Shown: positions 19,685-30,516 of the stretch, one piece after another
Position numbering within the stretch: the stretch's first letter is position 1
Layout: each line of letters starts with the position of its first letter
Source: Acidimicrobiia bacterium
GTDB lineage: Bacteria > Actinomycetota > Acidimicrobiia > Spongiisociales > Spongiisociaceae
Assembly: GCA_041576165.1 (NCBI GenBank)
Contig: JBFGLM010000021.1
Span: 14,908 to 78,907, forward strand
Length of the DNA stretch: 64,000 bases
Direction: 5' to 3'
The notes under the pieces: generated by a model
Told to the model about the DNA's origin: nothing
The model's input: the letters and a program-made list of their open reading frames with translations, nothing else
The model's database searches: none
Position numbers and translations under genes: made by a program

Positions 19685-21091
19685 TCAACCCCTCTTCTTG
19701 TCCTTCTCCTTGGGTTCGATAGTGAATTCCTGCGTCTGGGGATTCAGCCGGTCGAGCTTGATGGCTCCTTTGACCGCCTTGTCCCGCAGTCGCCAGATAT
19801 TGAGCCCGCGGGTGATGTCCGACTCGTAGATCCTGCCGTTGTACCAGTACGACGACCACGACCCGCCGATCTGGCAGAAGCCGTCGCAGAACGGCCCCGG
19901 CCCCAGCGATACGGGATCCGAGTAGGCCACGACCACCGGTTTGGCCGGATCGGTGAAGTCGGTGACCCACGTGCCGGCCTGGTAATTCCCGCTCACCACC
20001 ACATAGCGACCGCTTCTGAGCGGCACCAGGTTGTAGTTGTGGATGGTGCAGTTCTCGTCCGCACCCTGTGCGCGCGGCAGGACCCACTGGCCGAGCTTGG
20101 CGCCCGTATTGGCGTCATAGAAGAACATCGTCTTGTCGACATCCGGGTCATCTGCTTCACACTCCCCGGCGCCGCCTCCGCCCGGCTCCCAGCCGGCCAC
20201 TATGACCTGGCCGTCCCAGGTGAAGCCGGCGGAGTGCCAGCGACCGTTCGACAGCGAGTCGCCGACACCCGGCTCGGTGATCGTGAGCAGCAACTCCGGG
20301 TCGCGGGGGTAGCTGATGTCCCAGACATTGATGGTGTCGGCACTGGCGCAGACCGCCTTGTTGACGTCGCCCAGAATCACCCCGGCGTCGTGACAGCCGG
20401 TCCTGACCGCCGTGTCGGTCGGGCCCGCCAGCGGCTCCCGGTGGATCAACTGCGGATTTCCCGGGTTCCTGAGCGGAACGGCAATCACATCCATGAAGTC
20501 GCCGAGGGTGTTCTGGCCAGCCTCGTCCAGGCCGACTCCGCAACCACCGCTGCTGGAGTTGTTGCTGTAGACGATCAACGCACCGCGATGAACACCCGCC
20601 GCGGTGGCGGTGTGGGATCCGCACGGCAACTCGAGTGCCCCGACCAGCTGTGGGTTGGAGGGATGACTGATGTCCCAGACGTGGATGCCCTCCCAGCCGG
20701 CCGGCACGGTCGTGCCACCGCAGGCCCGATCCTCCGCACGCTTCGTATTCCAGGTCCGGATCAGGATGTCGCCCCATACGACCAGATCACCCTGATCACC
20801 ATTACATTCCGGGAATGCAAGTAGCTTCGGTTTTCTCGGGTTTGAGATGTCGATCACCCGGAAGCCGTTGTAGTTGCCCTGGTACGCCAACTTGCCCTGA
20901 AACGCCAAATCAGAGCTGATCACCCGCTCACCATCCGGCACCGAAAACGTCGCCGGCTGTGGGCTATGACCGAGCGCCCGCATGTTGTCGGTCGCGGGCT
21001 CCGTCGCATGATCGGCCGACGCCGGAGCTGTCGGGATCGCCAGGGTCGATGCCACCAGTGCCAAAAGAACAAGCAAACGGATACGTCGCAT
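19685..21091 (-). CDS. secreted LVIVD-repeat (beta-propeller) protein
   Basis: Signal peptide MRRIRLLVLLALVAS..APASA; repeats RVIDISNP, HVWDISHP, NVWDISYP, VTDFTDP; CTIHNYN. Confidence 0.8.
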   Translation of the reverse strand: MRRIRLLVLLALVASTLAIPTAPASADHATEPATDNMRALGHSPQPATFSVPDGERVISSDLAFQGKLAYQGNYNGFRVIDISNPRKPKLLAFPECNGDQGDLVVWGDILIRTWNTKRAEDRACGGTTVPAGWEGIHVWDISHPSNPQLVGALELPCGSHTATAAGVHRGALIVYSNNSSSGGCGVGLDEAGQNTLGDFMDVIAVPLRNPGNPQLIHREPLAGPTDTAVRTGCHDAGVILGDVNKAVCASADTINVWDISYPRDPELLLTITEPGVGDSLSNGRWHSAGFTWDGQVIVAGWEPGGGGAGECEADDPDVDKTMFFYDANTGAKLGQWVLPRAQGADENCTIHNYNLVPLRSGRYVVVSGNYQAGTWVTDFTDPAKPVVVAYSDPVSLGPGPFCDGFCQIGGSWSSYWYNGRIYESDITRGLNIWRLRDKAVKGAIKLDRLNPQTQEFTIEPKEKDKKRG

Positions 21092-21300
21092 CCGCGCCCC
21101 CTTTCCTGCCTCCGTTCCCCCCGCCCCTTGCGGAGGGGCGCTATCCGACCCTACGTACGGGCAACCCCGCTGCGCGGGGAGATTTCGGCCTGTGCGCCGC
21201 TGGCGACGAGCAGTGACCGGAAGGGCACTGTGGGTGTTGGCGATCAAGCTGGTCGCCGCTGCCCGACCCGGCGATGTAGGTTCAAGGTCGGAGCCCTAGT

Positions 21301-22098
21301 GCCAACCACATCTTTGGTGATGTGGCGGACGGCAACGTCCACGCGCCCGGTATCGAGTTTGCGGCTGGAGCCGGCATCACCGCCGGGTGCGGCGATGGTT
21401 CTATCTACTGCCCGAACGACCCGGTGACTCGCGGCCAAGTCGGTACCTTCTTGCACCGACTGTCGGGCTATGCATCGGGCGTGGCGCCCAGCGTCAATGC
21501 CGACCAGGTCGACGGCGCGGACGCCTCCGATTTCCTGGGTGCCGGAGACAAGGCAGCGGATGCGGAGCTCTTGGACGGGTTGGATTCGACGGCTTTTTTG
21601 GGTGTTGGTGACAAGGCAGCGGATGCGGAACTCTTGGACGGGTTGAATTCGACGGCCTTTCTGGGCGCAGGTGACACCGCAGTTGACGCGGACAAGGTTG
21701 ACGGCCGCCACGCCAACGAACTCATCCGCGTTGCCTACGACGAAGCGCCCGGTCCGCTGCCGGTGCCGGGTCTCCTGTCGACCACAATCGAGGCACCCAC
21801 CGTTGGATTCCTGATCGTGAGCGCGTCGGCCAACCTCCACGATTCCGCGCCCGGATCGCATTTGGTCGAGTGCACTCTCTGGCTCGACGGAGCCTTGCTC
21901 GGCTCGTCTCCGCGCATGCACGACGTCGGGTCTGGAGCCCCTGACATCGAAGAGTCATGTGCGTCGGATTCAGTGACACCCGTTCTCCCAGGTGTCCACA
22001 CCGTCGAGCTGCTGGTCGATCTCGGCTCGGGTACGACCATGTTCGGTCCCGCCACGCTATGGGCGCTGTTCGTGCCCTTCGACGCCGCCGGCGCCTGA
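21301..22098 (+). CDS. SLH-like cell-surface protein with 21-aa repeats; apparently 5'-truncated (GTG at 21322)
   Basis: ANHIFGDVADGNVHAPGI..GITAGC..YCPNDPVTRGQVGTFLHRL resembles an S-layer homology motif; in-frame TAG at 21277-21279 and no signal peptide. Confidence 0.6.
   Translation, partial: ANHIFGDVADGNVHAPGIEFAAGAGITAGCGDGSIYCPNDPVTRGQVGTFLHRLSGYASGVAPSVNADQVDGADASDFLGAGDKAADAELLDGLDSTAFLGVGDKAADAELLDGLNSTAFLGAGDTAVDADKVDGRHANELIRVAYDEAPGPLPVPGLLSTTIEAPTVGFLIVSASANLHDSAPGSHLVECTLWLDGALLGSSPRMHDVGSGAPDIEESCASDSVTPVLPGVHTVELLVDLGSGTTMFGPATLWALFVPFDAAGA
21547..21672 (+). repeat. 63-bp in-frame tandem repeat (DKAADAELLDGLxSTAFLGxG)
   Basis: Near-identical units start at 21547 and 21610, with degenerate flanking units. 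Confidence 0.9.
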
Positions 22099-22290
22099 CG
22101 CAAACAGCCGGTCCCAAATCGCCACGAACGTGGATGGGCTCGGGTCGTGGCCCGGTCGAAAGACCGCGATCACCGCAGGTACTTGGACCGAGCCGGTTGC
22201 GGGCACTCGGACCGGGCGACAATGACCGATGGCACTGTCGGGCGCTTTGCTCGTGAACGCATACTGCGGCCAAACCCAGAAAGGTCACGG

Positions 22291-22935
22291 ATGGAGCAAG
22301 TACCCATCACTCGCTCCGCATTGCTGGCGCGAAGGGGCCGGCTGGACCTTGCGAAGCGTGGGTTGGAGTTGCTCGAGCAGAAACGGGACCGGCTCTTGGA
22401 CGAGTTTCGTGACGCCGCTCAGCACGTCTTGACCGAGGCCGGCGAGCTGGATCGCGCTGTCGGCGCGGGGCGTCGAGCTCTCATCGCAGCCGAGGTTGCT
22501 GATGGACCCGAGATCGTGGGATCGGCTGCCCTTGCGGCCCGGCGCGATCTCGTGGTCAGCGCTCGTCCCGTCACGGTGATGGGCGTCCGCATCGCGGAGA
22601 TCGACTACGCGCCGCTGGGACGCCCCCGGATGGGTCGCGGTTACACGGCCGCCGGCAGCACTGCACATGTCGACGAGGTGGCTGCTGCGTTCGAGGGGGT
22701 AGCGGAACAAGTTCTTCGGCTGGCTGCCCACGAAGTGCGCATCCGTCGACTCTCCGACGAAATACGCAAAACGAGTCGTCGCGTGAACGCCCTCGAAAAC
22801 ACTCTGATCCCCCGGCTCGAAGTGGAGATACGTTGGATCGCATCTCGCATTGAGGAGCGGGAGCGCCAGGACCGATTTCGACTGAAACGGATCAAAGACC
22901 AGAAGGGGATTCGCCCTGGGAGAGGGACTCAATGA
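22291..22935 (+). CDS. V/A-type ATP synthase subunit D
   Basis: LAKRGLELLEQKRD, KTSRRVNALENTLIP, ERERQDRFRLKRIK. Confidence 0.93.
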   Translation: MEQVPITRSALLARRGRLDLAKRGLELLEQKRDRLLDEFRDAAQHVLTEAGELDRAVGAGRRALIAAEVADGPEIVGSAALAARRDLVVSARPVTVMGVRIAEIDYAPLGRPRMGRGYTAAGSTAHVDEVAAAFEGVAEQVLRLAAHEVRIRRLSDEIRKTSRRVNALENTLIPRLEVEIRWIASRIEERERQDRFRLKRIKDQKGIRPGRGTQ

Positions 22936-23270
22936 CGGATGCGGAGCGAACGATCGCGGCTATTCGTCGCACGGAACTCGCGGCAGCTCAGCGAGTAGAC
23001 GCAGCCCGGGTCAGGGCAGACGAGATTCTCTCGGAGGCACGGGCCGAGGCCCGCGTTCAGCACCGGGAGGCCGAAGCGCGGGGACGCGAGCAAGCTCTGC
23101 AGCGGCAAGCGGAAGCGCAACAGGAGGCGGAACAGGAGGCTCAGAAGATCCGCGCTGCCGCTTCACGAGAAGCTGAGCTTCTCAGAGAGGAGGCCGCAGA
23201 CCGGATATCCGATCTCGCGGCAGCGCTCCTCGAAGTTGTGCTGCCGTCAGTCGCACTGCGGGAGGTGTGA
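22932..23270 (+). CDS. V/A-type ATP synthase subunit G/H (peripheral stalk)
   Basis: 112-aa Ala/Glu/Arg coiled coil between subunits D and I. Confidence 0.75.
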   Translation: MTDAERTIAAIRRTELAAAQRVDAARVRADEILSEARAEARVQHREAEARGREQALQRQAEAQQEAEQEAQKIRAAASREAELLREEAADRISDLAAALLEVVLPSVALREV

Positions 23271-23271
23271 C

Positions 23272-25176
23272 GTGCAGGTGCCGATGGCCAAGGTCCGTGT
23301 GTTCGGTCATCGTCGAGTGCTTGACGCAACTCTGGCCGTATTGCATCAGTCCCGCTGTATGCATCTGGTCGATGTCTCCCAGGATCCCTCCATGACGCTC
23401 CCGCCCCTGTCGGTGGACGACGCGCAACTAGAGCGCAGCGAGGATCTTCGCTACCTCCGCACCCGTCTCGATGCGCTCCTCGGGTTGGCTCCGGGTGCGA
23501 CGGCGGTGGCTGACATTGCCGGGGAGATCGATCTCAACGTCCTTCGTGATGAACTGGATGCCGACGGTCCCCAGCTGGAACAGATGGTGGCGAGTCTCGA
23601 CGGGCTGCGCATGGAGCTGGAGACGCTTCCCCGCCATTTGGAATCGCTGCAGCGCTTGTTGCCCCTGGTTCCCGACATGGCCGAGCTCGACGGCTACGAG
23701 ACGACTGCACTGCTGCTCGACGCGCGCCATGGGTCGGTTCTGGCCGAGCTGAACGACCGACTCACCACAGAGCTGCATGGCAACCTGGAACTCATTTCAG
23801 ACCGTGTAGACGAGCACGTGATCGGCGCCATCCTCATCTACCCGAAGCGCAGTGCCGAGCTCGTCCGGCGCGAGTTCGGACGGGAGCAGGTGTCCCGGGT
23901 GCGGCTTCCCGAGCAGTACGAGTCTGTGCCGTTCCGCCAGGCGGTTGGCGCCATGCAACGCCGGCTGGCAACACTTCCGTCCGAGATCGAATCCGCCGAG
24001 GTCAAGCTTGTGAACCTGGTGCGAGCCCACGCGGATTGGCCGGCGGCCCGGGCCTCCATCCAAGCACACCTCGACCAGCTCGAAGCGCTCCGCAGTTTGG
24101 GCGCAACCCCGCACACCTTCGCGGTCTCCGGCTGGGTTCCGAAGATGCAGTTGGCGTCCTTGAGAGCAGATCTGACGAGAACGGTGGGCCCCCAGGTGGA
24201 CGTGTCGGAGGTGCCTCCAGGCGTGGACGAGTTCCCTCCGGTGCTTCTCGACAACCCTCGGGGGGTGGCCCCATTCGAGTCATTTGTCCGACTGCTCGAC
24301 GTACCGAGGTCGGGCACCTTCGACCCGTCGCTTCTGATGTCGGTGTTCTTGCCACTGTTCTTCGGGATGATGCTGGGCGACGTAGCCTACGGGCTGCTGG
24401 TGCTCGTCATCGCGGTGGTGGTGCGGCGACGGGTATCCAGACCCGGGCTGCTTCGCGACCTCACGCGCATCCTCGTGCTCAGCGCAATCTGGACTGTGGT
24501 CTGGGGATTCATCTACGGGGAGTTCCTGGGTGACCTGGGTCACAGATTCGGAATGCAGCCCATCTGGATCAACCGGGAGGTGGCGATCCAGAGTTTGCTG
24601 CTGTTCGTCGTTGCGGTCGGCGCCGCCCATGTGACGCTCGGGCTCATACTCGGCGTCTGGCAAGCCAGCCGGAAGCCCGATCGACGCCAGCTGGGTGAGC
24701 GTGTCGGACTGCTCGTGTCCTTGACCGCACTATTTGCGATCGCCGGCGTGGCTGTAGGGATGCTCCCGGAAGGTGTAGTCACGCCGGCGACGGCCATTGC
24801 GCTCATCGGTCTGGCGATCGTGATGTCGAGCGGCGGCGTGATGGGACTGCTCTTGGGTCCGCTCGAGTTGGTCGGTCTCATTGGCAGCGTGCTGTCGTAC
24901 CTGCGGATTGGCGCGATCGGTCTAGCCTCGGTGTATCTAGCGCGCATTGCGAACGAGCTCGGCGCCACTGGGCCCCTGTGGCTCGGACTTGCCCTTGCTG
25001 CGCTATTCCACGCGCTCAACTTGGTGTTGGGAATCTTCAGTCCAACGGTTCAGGCATTGCGACTCCACTATGTGGAGTTCTTCGGCAGATTCTTCGAGGG
25101 CGGTGGAGAGTCGTTCCGTCCGTTCGGCGGACATGACGCCACCCGCCCAACACTTGTGGCCAGCCATAGGAGGTAG
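23272..25176 (+). CDS. V/A-type ATP synthase subunit I (a)
   Basis: GWVP, PLFFGMMLGD, essential Arg in SYLRI, RLHYVEFFGRF. Confidence 0.93.
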   Translation: MQVPMAKVRVFGHRRVLDATLAVLHQSRCMHLVDVSQDPSMTLPPLSVDDAQLERSEDLRYLRTRLDALLGLAPGATAVADIAGEIDLNVLRDELDADGPQLEQMVASLDGLRMELETLPRHLESLQRLLPLVPDMAELDGYETTALLLDARHGSVLAELNDRLTTELHGNLELISDRVDEHVIGAILIYPKRSAELVRREFGREQVSRVRLPEQYESVPFRQAVGAMQRRLATLPSEIESAEVKLVNLVRAHADWPAARASIQAHLDQLEALRSLGATPHTFAVSGWVPKMQLASLRADLTRTVGPQVDVSEVPPGVDEFPPVLLDNPRGVAPFESFVRLLDVPRSGTFDPSLLMSVFLPLFFGMMLGDVAYGLLVLVIAVVVRRRVSRPGLLRDLTRILVLSAIWTVVWGFIYGEFLGDLGHRFGMQPIWINREVAIQSLLLFVVAVGAAHVTLGLILGVWQASRKPDRRQLGERVGLLVSLTALFAIAGVAVGMLPEGVVTPATAIALIGLAIVMSSGGVMGLLLGPLELVGLIGSVLSYLRIGAIGLASVYLARIANELGATGPLWLGLALAALFHALNLVLGIFSPTVQALRLHYVEFFGRFFEGGGESFRPFGGHDATRPTLVASHRR

Positions 25177-25178
25177 CC

Positions 25179-25400
25179 ATGGAAGTTGGTCTCATCGCAA
25201 TTGGTGCCGGGCTCGCGGTGGGCCTGGGTGCTCTCGCTACCGGCATCGCCCAAGCCCGAATCGGATCGGCCGGAGTGGGCGCAATCGCCGAGAATCCCGA
25301 GCTCATCGGTCGGGTTATTCTGCTGGTGGCCATTCCGGAGACCCTGGTGATTCTGGGATTTGCCGTGGCCGCAATGGTCATCGTGCTACTCGGCGGCTGA
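25179..25400 (+). CDS. V/A-type ATP synthase subunit K (c), single hairpin
   Basis: AQARIGSAGVGAIAE..IPETLVILG with ion-binding Glu. Confidence 0.93.
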   Translation: MEVGLIAIGAGLAVGLGALATGIAQARIGSAGVGAIAENPELIGRVILLVAIPETLVILGFAVAAMVIVLLGG

Positions 25401-25990
25401 TGGCGCTCGAGGACATCCTCGAGACGATCCGTCGCGAAGCCGACGAAGAAGCGACGCGGATCATAAGCGCAGCACAGGCTCGGGCGTCCGGGCTTCTGGA
25501 GCAAGCCCGGACCGAGTCTGCGGCCAGCGAGGAAGAGCTTGCGCATGCTGCGGACGACAGGATTCGGCAGATGCAGGAACGCATCACCAGCCTGGCGCAC
25601 TTCGACGCGGCGCGGGAACGCCGAGCGACCCGCGAAGAGATCTTCCGGGCGCTGCTCGATGAGGTTGCGCGGCGGCTGGCGAACCTTCGCTCGGATGAGC
25701 GATATGCGGCGATCCTCGAGCTGTTGCTCGACGAAGCATTGGAGATCCTTCCTGAGCCGGCATCGATCCGAGCCGCTGCGGCCGATACCGGAATCATCGG
25801 GCGCCTTGCGTCCGAGCGGGGTCTCGACATCGCCATTGATGCGATGGCTGACAGCTGGTGTGGCGTGGAACTCGTTGGCGCCGGTCGGATTGTGAGGAAC
25901 GATCTCGCCACGCGGCTGGAGAACGCCAACGCCGAACTCAGGCGCCTTGCCGGCGAACGGTTCCCGGCGTTACGAGGAAGCTCACGATGA
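25400..25990 (+). CDS. V/A-type ATP synthase subunit E
   Basis: MALEDILETIRREA coiled coil, C-terminal VRNDLATRL; TGATG overlap with K. Confidence 0.85.
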   Translation: MALEDILETIRREADEEATRIISAAQARASGLLEQARTESAASEEELAHAADDRIRQMQERITSLAHFDAARERRATREEIFRALLDEVARRLANLRSDERYAAILELLLDEALEILPEPASIRAAAADTGIIGRLASERGLDIAIDAMADSWCGVELVGAGRIVRNDLATRLENANAELRRLAGERFPALRGSSR

Positions 25991-27048
25991 TCGGCTATGA
26001 GTACGGCAACGCCCGTCTGCGCGCCATGCGGGCGAGGCTCCTGAAGAGGGCCCAGCTGATGCGGCTTTACGCGGCCAGGAATCTAGACAGGATGCTTGGC
26101 GGCCTGGCCGAAACTGCGTTCGGTCCCGACGTGGAGGCGGCGATGCCGCGGGCCAGCGGGCTGCGAAGGCTCGATGCTGTGCTGCGCGATAACCTAGCTC
26201 GCACGCTGGCCGCAGTTACCTCGTTCTACGAAGGCCCGGCGGCCGAGCAAGTGGCACTGCTGGTGGATCGCTGGGCGTTGCATGACATACGGACACTGAT
26301 CCGCCTTCCTGACATGCCCGATGTCCCATATCTCTCCGACCTGCTGGTGCCGGCCGGCCGGCTCGACGGTCCGGCACTGGCAGAACTGGTGAAGCTCCCC
26401 GACCTCCGGAGCAGAGTCGAGCTGACCATCGCGTGGGGGTTGCCGTCGCCGTCCACTGCTCGGAAGGTCCTTCCCGCCCTAGCTGCCTTCGAGCGTACAG
26501 GTGTGCGAAGCGTGCTGGAACATGCGTATGCGGAGGCGTTCGGCACTCACCTCGACGAGGTGTTGGGAGCGAGCCAAACGGGAGCTGCGCACGTACTCCG
26601 AACCGAGATCGACGTCACAAACTTTCTCACGGCGTTGCGCCTCAGGGAGGCACGGCATAGCAGCGAACCCGGGCCCGCCGACGAGTATTCGCCGTACATA
26701 CCCGGTGGCACGCGAGACGCTGGTGCCTGGGAATCGCTCATGTCGGAAGACGACCTCGAGCAGTTGGCGGAGAAGGCGACTGCAGGATGGATGCCAGGCT
26801 GGCGCGATGAAGTGTTCGACTGGCGGCGCCACGGTGATCTGACAATCCTGGCAGAAGGGTTGCGGCGGCGCCTGGCCGCCGCGGCCACCGGACTGCTCGC
26901 CACCGGTGATCCGCTCGGGTTCGATGTCCCGGTGGCGTTCACTTTCGCCAAGGAGGCAGAGGTGCGCGATCTGCGCCTCATCGGGCGTGCGCTGGTGCAT
27001 AACTTGGACGAAGCCGACGTGCTGGATCGCTTGGAGTCTGCGGCATGA
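25987..27048 (+). CDS. V/A-type ATP synthase subunit C (d)
   Basis: YEYGNARLRAMRARLL, KEAEVRDLRLI. Confidence 0.88.
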   Translation: MIGYEYGNARLRAMRARLLKRAQLMRLYAARNLDRMLGGLAETAFGPDVEAAMPRASGLRRLDAVLRDNLARTLAAVTSFYEGPAAEQVALLVDRWALHDIRTLIRLPDMPDVPYLSDLLVPAGRLDGPALAELVKLPDLRSRVELTIAWGLPSPSTARKVLPALAAFERTGVRSVLEHAYAEAFGTHLDEVLGASQTGAAHVLRTEIDVTNFLTALRLREARHSSEPGPADEYSPYIPGGTRDAGAWESLMSEDDLEQLAEKATAGWMPGWRDEVFDWRRHGDLTILAEGLRRRLAAAATGLLATGDPLGFDVPVAFTFAKEAEVRDLRLIGRALVHNLDEADVLDRLESAA

Positions 27049-27392
27049 GCAACGGAGTCCTCGCTGTCGTGGTGCCGCCGGAGCTGGCGCGTGGTTTCCA
27101 GCTCGCCGGCGTGACGACCATCGTTGCGGCGGAAGCCGGCGAGGCCGAGCGCGAGATGTCGCGTCTCATGATGGACGCGCAACAGGGGGTAGTGGCTGTC
27201 TACGAGCCGTTCTTGAACGCGTTCGATCACGACGTGCGGACGCGCGCTGAAACCTCGTTGACTCCTGTGACCGTTCCTCTGGCCGCGGGCCCCGGAGAGG
27301 TCGATCCGCACCTACGCCGCGCCCGACTTTCGGAGCTGTTGAGCCGGGCAGTTGGCTACCACATAACGTTCGAGCCGGAGGGAGCCCAATGA
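27045..27392 (+). CDS. V/A-type ATP synthase subunit F
   Basis: GFQLAGV, C-terminal RAVGYHI. Confidence 0.88.
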   Translation: MSNGVLAVVVPPELARGFQLAGVTTIVAAEAGEAEREMSRLMMDAQQGVVAVYEPFLNAFDHDVRTRAETSLTPVTVPLAAGPGEVDPHLRRARLSELLSRAVGYHITFEPEGAQ

Positions 27393-29149
27393 CTCGGGCC
27401 GGTACCACAGGCCGTGTTGTCCGGGTTGCCGGCCCCGTTGTGGTTGCCGAGGGCCTCAGTCGGTCCCGCCTGTACAACGTGGTTCGAGTGGGGAAGCTCG
27501 GGCTGGTGGGAGAAGTGATCCGCCTGGTCGGAGGCGACACCGTGATCCAGGTCTACGAAGATACGTCGGGCCTCCAAGTCGGTTCACCCGTCGTGGACAC
27601 AGGACTGCCGTTGGACGTGGAGCTAGGACCCGGGCTGCTCGGCTCGATCTTTGATGGGGTCCAGCGGCCGCTCCTCGCGCTGGCCAGAGGAGGAGGCCAA
27701 GATCCGTTCGATCAGCCGTTTGTGCACCGCGGCGTTGGGGTGCCGGCGCTGGATCGACAGCGACGCTGGACAGTGACGCATCGTGTTCGACCGGGCGACC
27801 AGGTGGTTGGTGGGGACGTTGTCGCCACCGTTCAGGAATCACAGGCGATCGAGCACAGGGTCCTGGTGCCGCCCGGCAGTGGTGGGACGGTCACTTCGGT
27901 GGGAGAGTCAGAGATCACGATCGAGGAACCGTTGGTGGCTATCGATGATGCGGGCATGACGCTGCTTTCCCGGTGGCCTGTGCGAACCCGGCGCCCGGTG
28001 GCTCGGCGGCTTGACCCGGTCGTTCCACTCATCACCGGACAGCGCGTGGTCGACACACTCTTTCCCATGGTCCGGGGTGGGAGTGCGACGATCCCAGGGG
28101 GTTTCGGAACTGGGAAGACGGTCCTGGAACAGAGCCTTGCGCGCCAGACGGACGCCGACATAGTGGTCTTCATCGGATGCGGAGAACGCGGGAACGAGAT
28201 CGCCGAGCTGCTCGAATCCTTCCCGCAGCTATCCGACCCTCGCAGCGGCGCTCCACTCGTCGAGCGGACGGTGCTCATTGCCAACACCTCGAACATGCCG
28301 GTTGCAGCCCGAGAGGCCAGCATCTACACGGGGATCACGATCAGTGAGTACTACCGGGACCAGGGTTACGACGTCGCGCTTCTCGCCGACAGCACCAGCC
28401 GATGGGGCGAGGCTTTGCGCGAAGTGTCAAGCCGGCTGGAGGAGATACCGGGCGAGGAAGGCTACCCAGCCTATTTGCCGTCCCGCCTTGCCGAATTCTA
28501 TGAGCGGGCTGGCTCAGTCGTCGCTCTCGGTGAGGAACAACGCCGCGGTTCAGTCTCCATCGTCGGTGCCGTATCGCCGCCCGGAGGCGACTTTTCGGAG
28601 CCGGTGACCCAGTACAGCCTCCGTCTCGCCGGAACGTTCTGGGCACTCGACTCGGATCTGGCCCGGCGGCGTCACTATCCGGCCATTGATTGGACGCAGA
28701 GTTACTCGCTCTACAAGACGTCTGAGTGGTTCGATACCAACGTCGCGCCAGACTGGAGCGATCAGGTCACCTGGGCAGTTGGACTCCTCGGCAGAGCGCA
28801 ACAGTTGCAGGACATCGTCGAGCTGCTCGGAGCCGACGTGCTGGCACCAAGCGAGCGAGTGACTTTCGCTGTCGCCCAGATGCTGCGGGAGGACTTCATG
28901 CAGCAGTCGGCTTTCGATGATCGAGACGCGTTGTGTCCACTCCACAAGCAGTACTGGATGTTGCGAGTAATCCGCTATTTCCACCAATCCGCCCAGAAAG
29001 CGGTGACGGAAGGCGCGTCGCTCGATGACGTGATCGGCAGCGGCTCCGCGGGCGAGATCGGTCGGATGCGGTCCTGGTCAGTCGACGAAGTGGAGGCCCA
29101 AGCCGAGAAATTGATCGATCGGATCGAGCGGGAGCTTACGCCACCATGA
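27389..29149 (+). CDS. V/A-type ATP synthase subunit A (catalytic)
   Basis: [53 protein letters not shown]. Confidence 0.96.
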   Translation: MTRAGTTGRVVRVAGPVVVAEGLSRSRLYNVVRVGKLGLVGEVIRLVGGDTVIQVYEDTSGLQVGSPVVDTGLPLDVELGPGLLGSIFDGVQRPLLALARGGGQDPFDQPFVHRGVGVPALDRQRRWTVTHRVRPGDQVVGGDVVATVQESQAIEHRVLVPPGSGGTVTSVGESEITIEEPLVAIDDAGMTLLSRWPVRTRRPVARRLDPVVPLITGQRVVDTLFPMVRGGSATIPGGFGTGKTVLEQSLARQTDADIVVFIGCGERGNEIAELLESFPQLSDPRSGAPLVERTVLIANTSNMPVAAREASIYTGITISEYYRDQGYDVALLADSTSRWGEALREVSSRLEEIPGEEGYPAYLPSRLAEFYERAGSVVALGEEQRRGSVSIVGAVSPPGGDFSEPVTQYSLRLAGTFWALDSDLARRRHYPAIDWTQSYSLYKTSEWFDTNVAPDWSDQVTWAVGLLGRAQQLQDIVELLGADVLAPSERVTFAVAQMLREDFMQQSAFDDRDALCPLHKQYWMLRVIRYFHQSAQKAVTEGASLDDVIGSGSAGEIGRMRSWSVDEVEAQAEKLIDRIERELTPP

Positions 29150-30516
29150 CGATGCTGTACACGACCGAGCTGCAAACGGTCCACTCCGTCTCCGGTCCTC
29201 TCCTCTTCATCGAACGTTCCGAGGGCATCCGGGCCGGCGAAGTCGTAGAGATCGTGCCGCCGGACGGTTCGAACCGGCGGGGCCAGGTGCTCGAGGTTGA
29301 CCACGACCGAGCCGTGGTGGAGGTTTTTGCAGGCACCCAGGGTCTGGATGTGGCGACGACGCGGGTGCGATTGAGCGGAGCAGCTGCTCGGCTCGGGGTC
29401 GGTCTCGACCTGCTGGGACGGGCCCTAGACGGTATCGGCAGACCCATCGACGGCGGACCACCGGTGATGCCCGAAGACTTCTGGGACGTGAATGGTCTGC
29501 CGGTCAATCCGGCTGCCCGCGCGTATCCGAATGACACGATCGAGACAGGCGTGTCCGCTATCGACGTCATGAACACGCTGCTCCGGGGCCAGAAGCTCCC
29601 TATCTTCTCGGGCTTTGGGCTGCCCGCCGAGCGCCTGGCGGCGGACATAGCCACAGCCGCTCATGCGGCGGGGGTCGAGCAATTCGTGGTTGTGTTCGCG
29701 GCAATGGGCATCACGCATCGCGAAGCCAGTTATTTTCAGCGGCGGTTCGAGGAATCGGGTCACCTGGATCGGACCATCATCTTTCAGAACCTCGCAGATG
29801 ATCCTCCCATCGAGCGTCTGCTGACGCCTCGTATGGCGCTGACTGCGGCCGAGTATCTCGCGGTTGAGCGGGACTACCACGTGTTGGTGATGCTCACGGA
29901 TATGACGAACTACTGCGAAGCGCTGCGCGAGGTCGCCACAGCGCGCGAAGAGGTGCCCGGCCGTCGCGGTTACCCGGGCTACATGTACACCGATCTGGCA
30001 AGCATCTACGAACGGGCCGGGCAGCTCCATCACCGCCCAGGGTCGATAACCCAGCTGATGATCCTCTCGATGCCCGACGATGACATCACCCATCCGATCC
30101 CCGACCTGACCGGATACATCACCGAAGGTCAAATCGTGCTTTCTCGGGAGCTTCATCGCAGGGGTGTTGAGCCACCCATCGACGTGCTGCCGTCACTGAG
30201 CAGGCTGATGAACGCAGGCATTGGCGAGGGGAAGACGAGGGCTGATCATCGCGAACTGTCCGATCAGCTCTACGCGTTGTATGCCGAAGGTCGTGATCTC
30301 CGCAGGTTGGTGGCAATCATCGGCGAAGAAGGTCTTTCCGACCTGGATCGACGCCTCCTCACGTTCGCCGAAGCATTCGAAGCCGATTTCATATCCCAGA
30401 GCGCACCGCGGAGATTGCTCGAGAGTCTCGAGGTCGCCTGGAAGCTACTCGCACCGTTCGCGCACGACGAACTCAAGCGGATCTCCCCGCAGACCCTCGC
30501 GGCCTTCGGGCTCTGA
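29146..30516 (+). CDS. V/A-type ATP synthase subunit B
   Basis: [52 protein letters not shown]. Confidence 0.96.
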   Translation: MTMLYTTELQTVHSVSGPLLFIERSEGIRAGEVVEIVPPDGSNRRGQVLEVDHDRAVVEVFAGTQGLDVATTRVRLSGAAARLGVGLDLLGRALDGIGRPIDGGPPVMPEDFWDVNGLPVNPAARAYPNDTIETGVSAIDVMNTLLRGQKLPIFSGFGLPAERLAADIATAAHAAGVEQFVVVFAAMGITHREASYFQRRFEESGHLDRTIIFQNLADDPPIERLLTPRMALTAAEYLAVERDYHVLVMLTDMTNYCEALREVATAREEVPGRRGYPGYMYTDLASIYERAGQLHHRPGSITQLMILSMPDDDITHPIPDLTGYITEGQIVLSRELHRRGVEPPIDVLPSLSRLMNAGIGEGKTRADHRELSDQLYALYAEGRDLRRLVAIIGEEGLSDLDRRLLTFAEAFEADFISQSAPRRLLESLEVAWKLLAPFAHDELKRISPQTLAAFGL

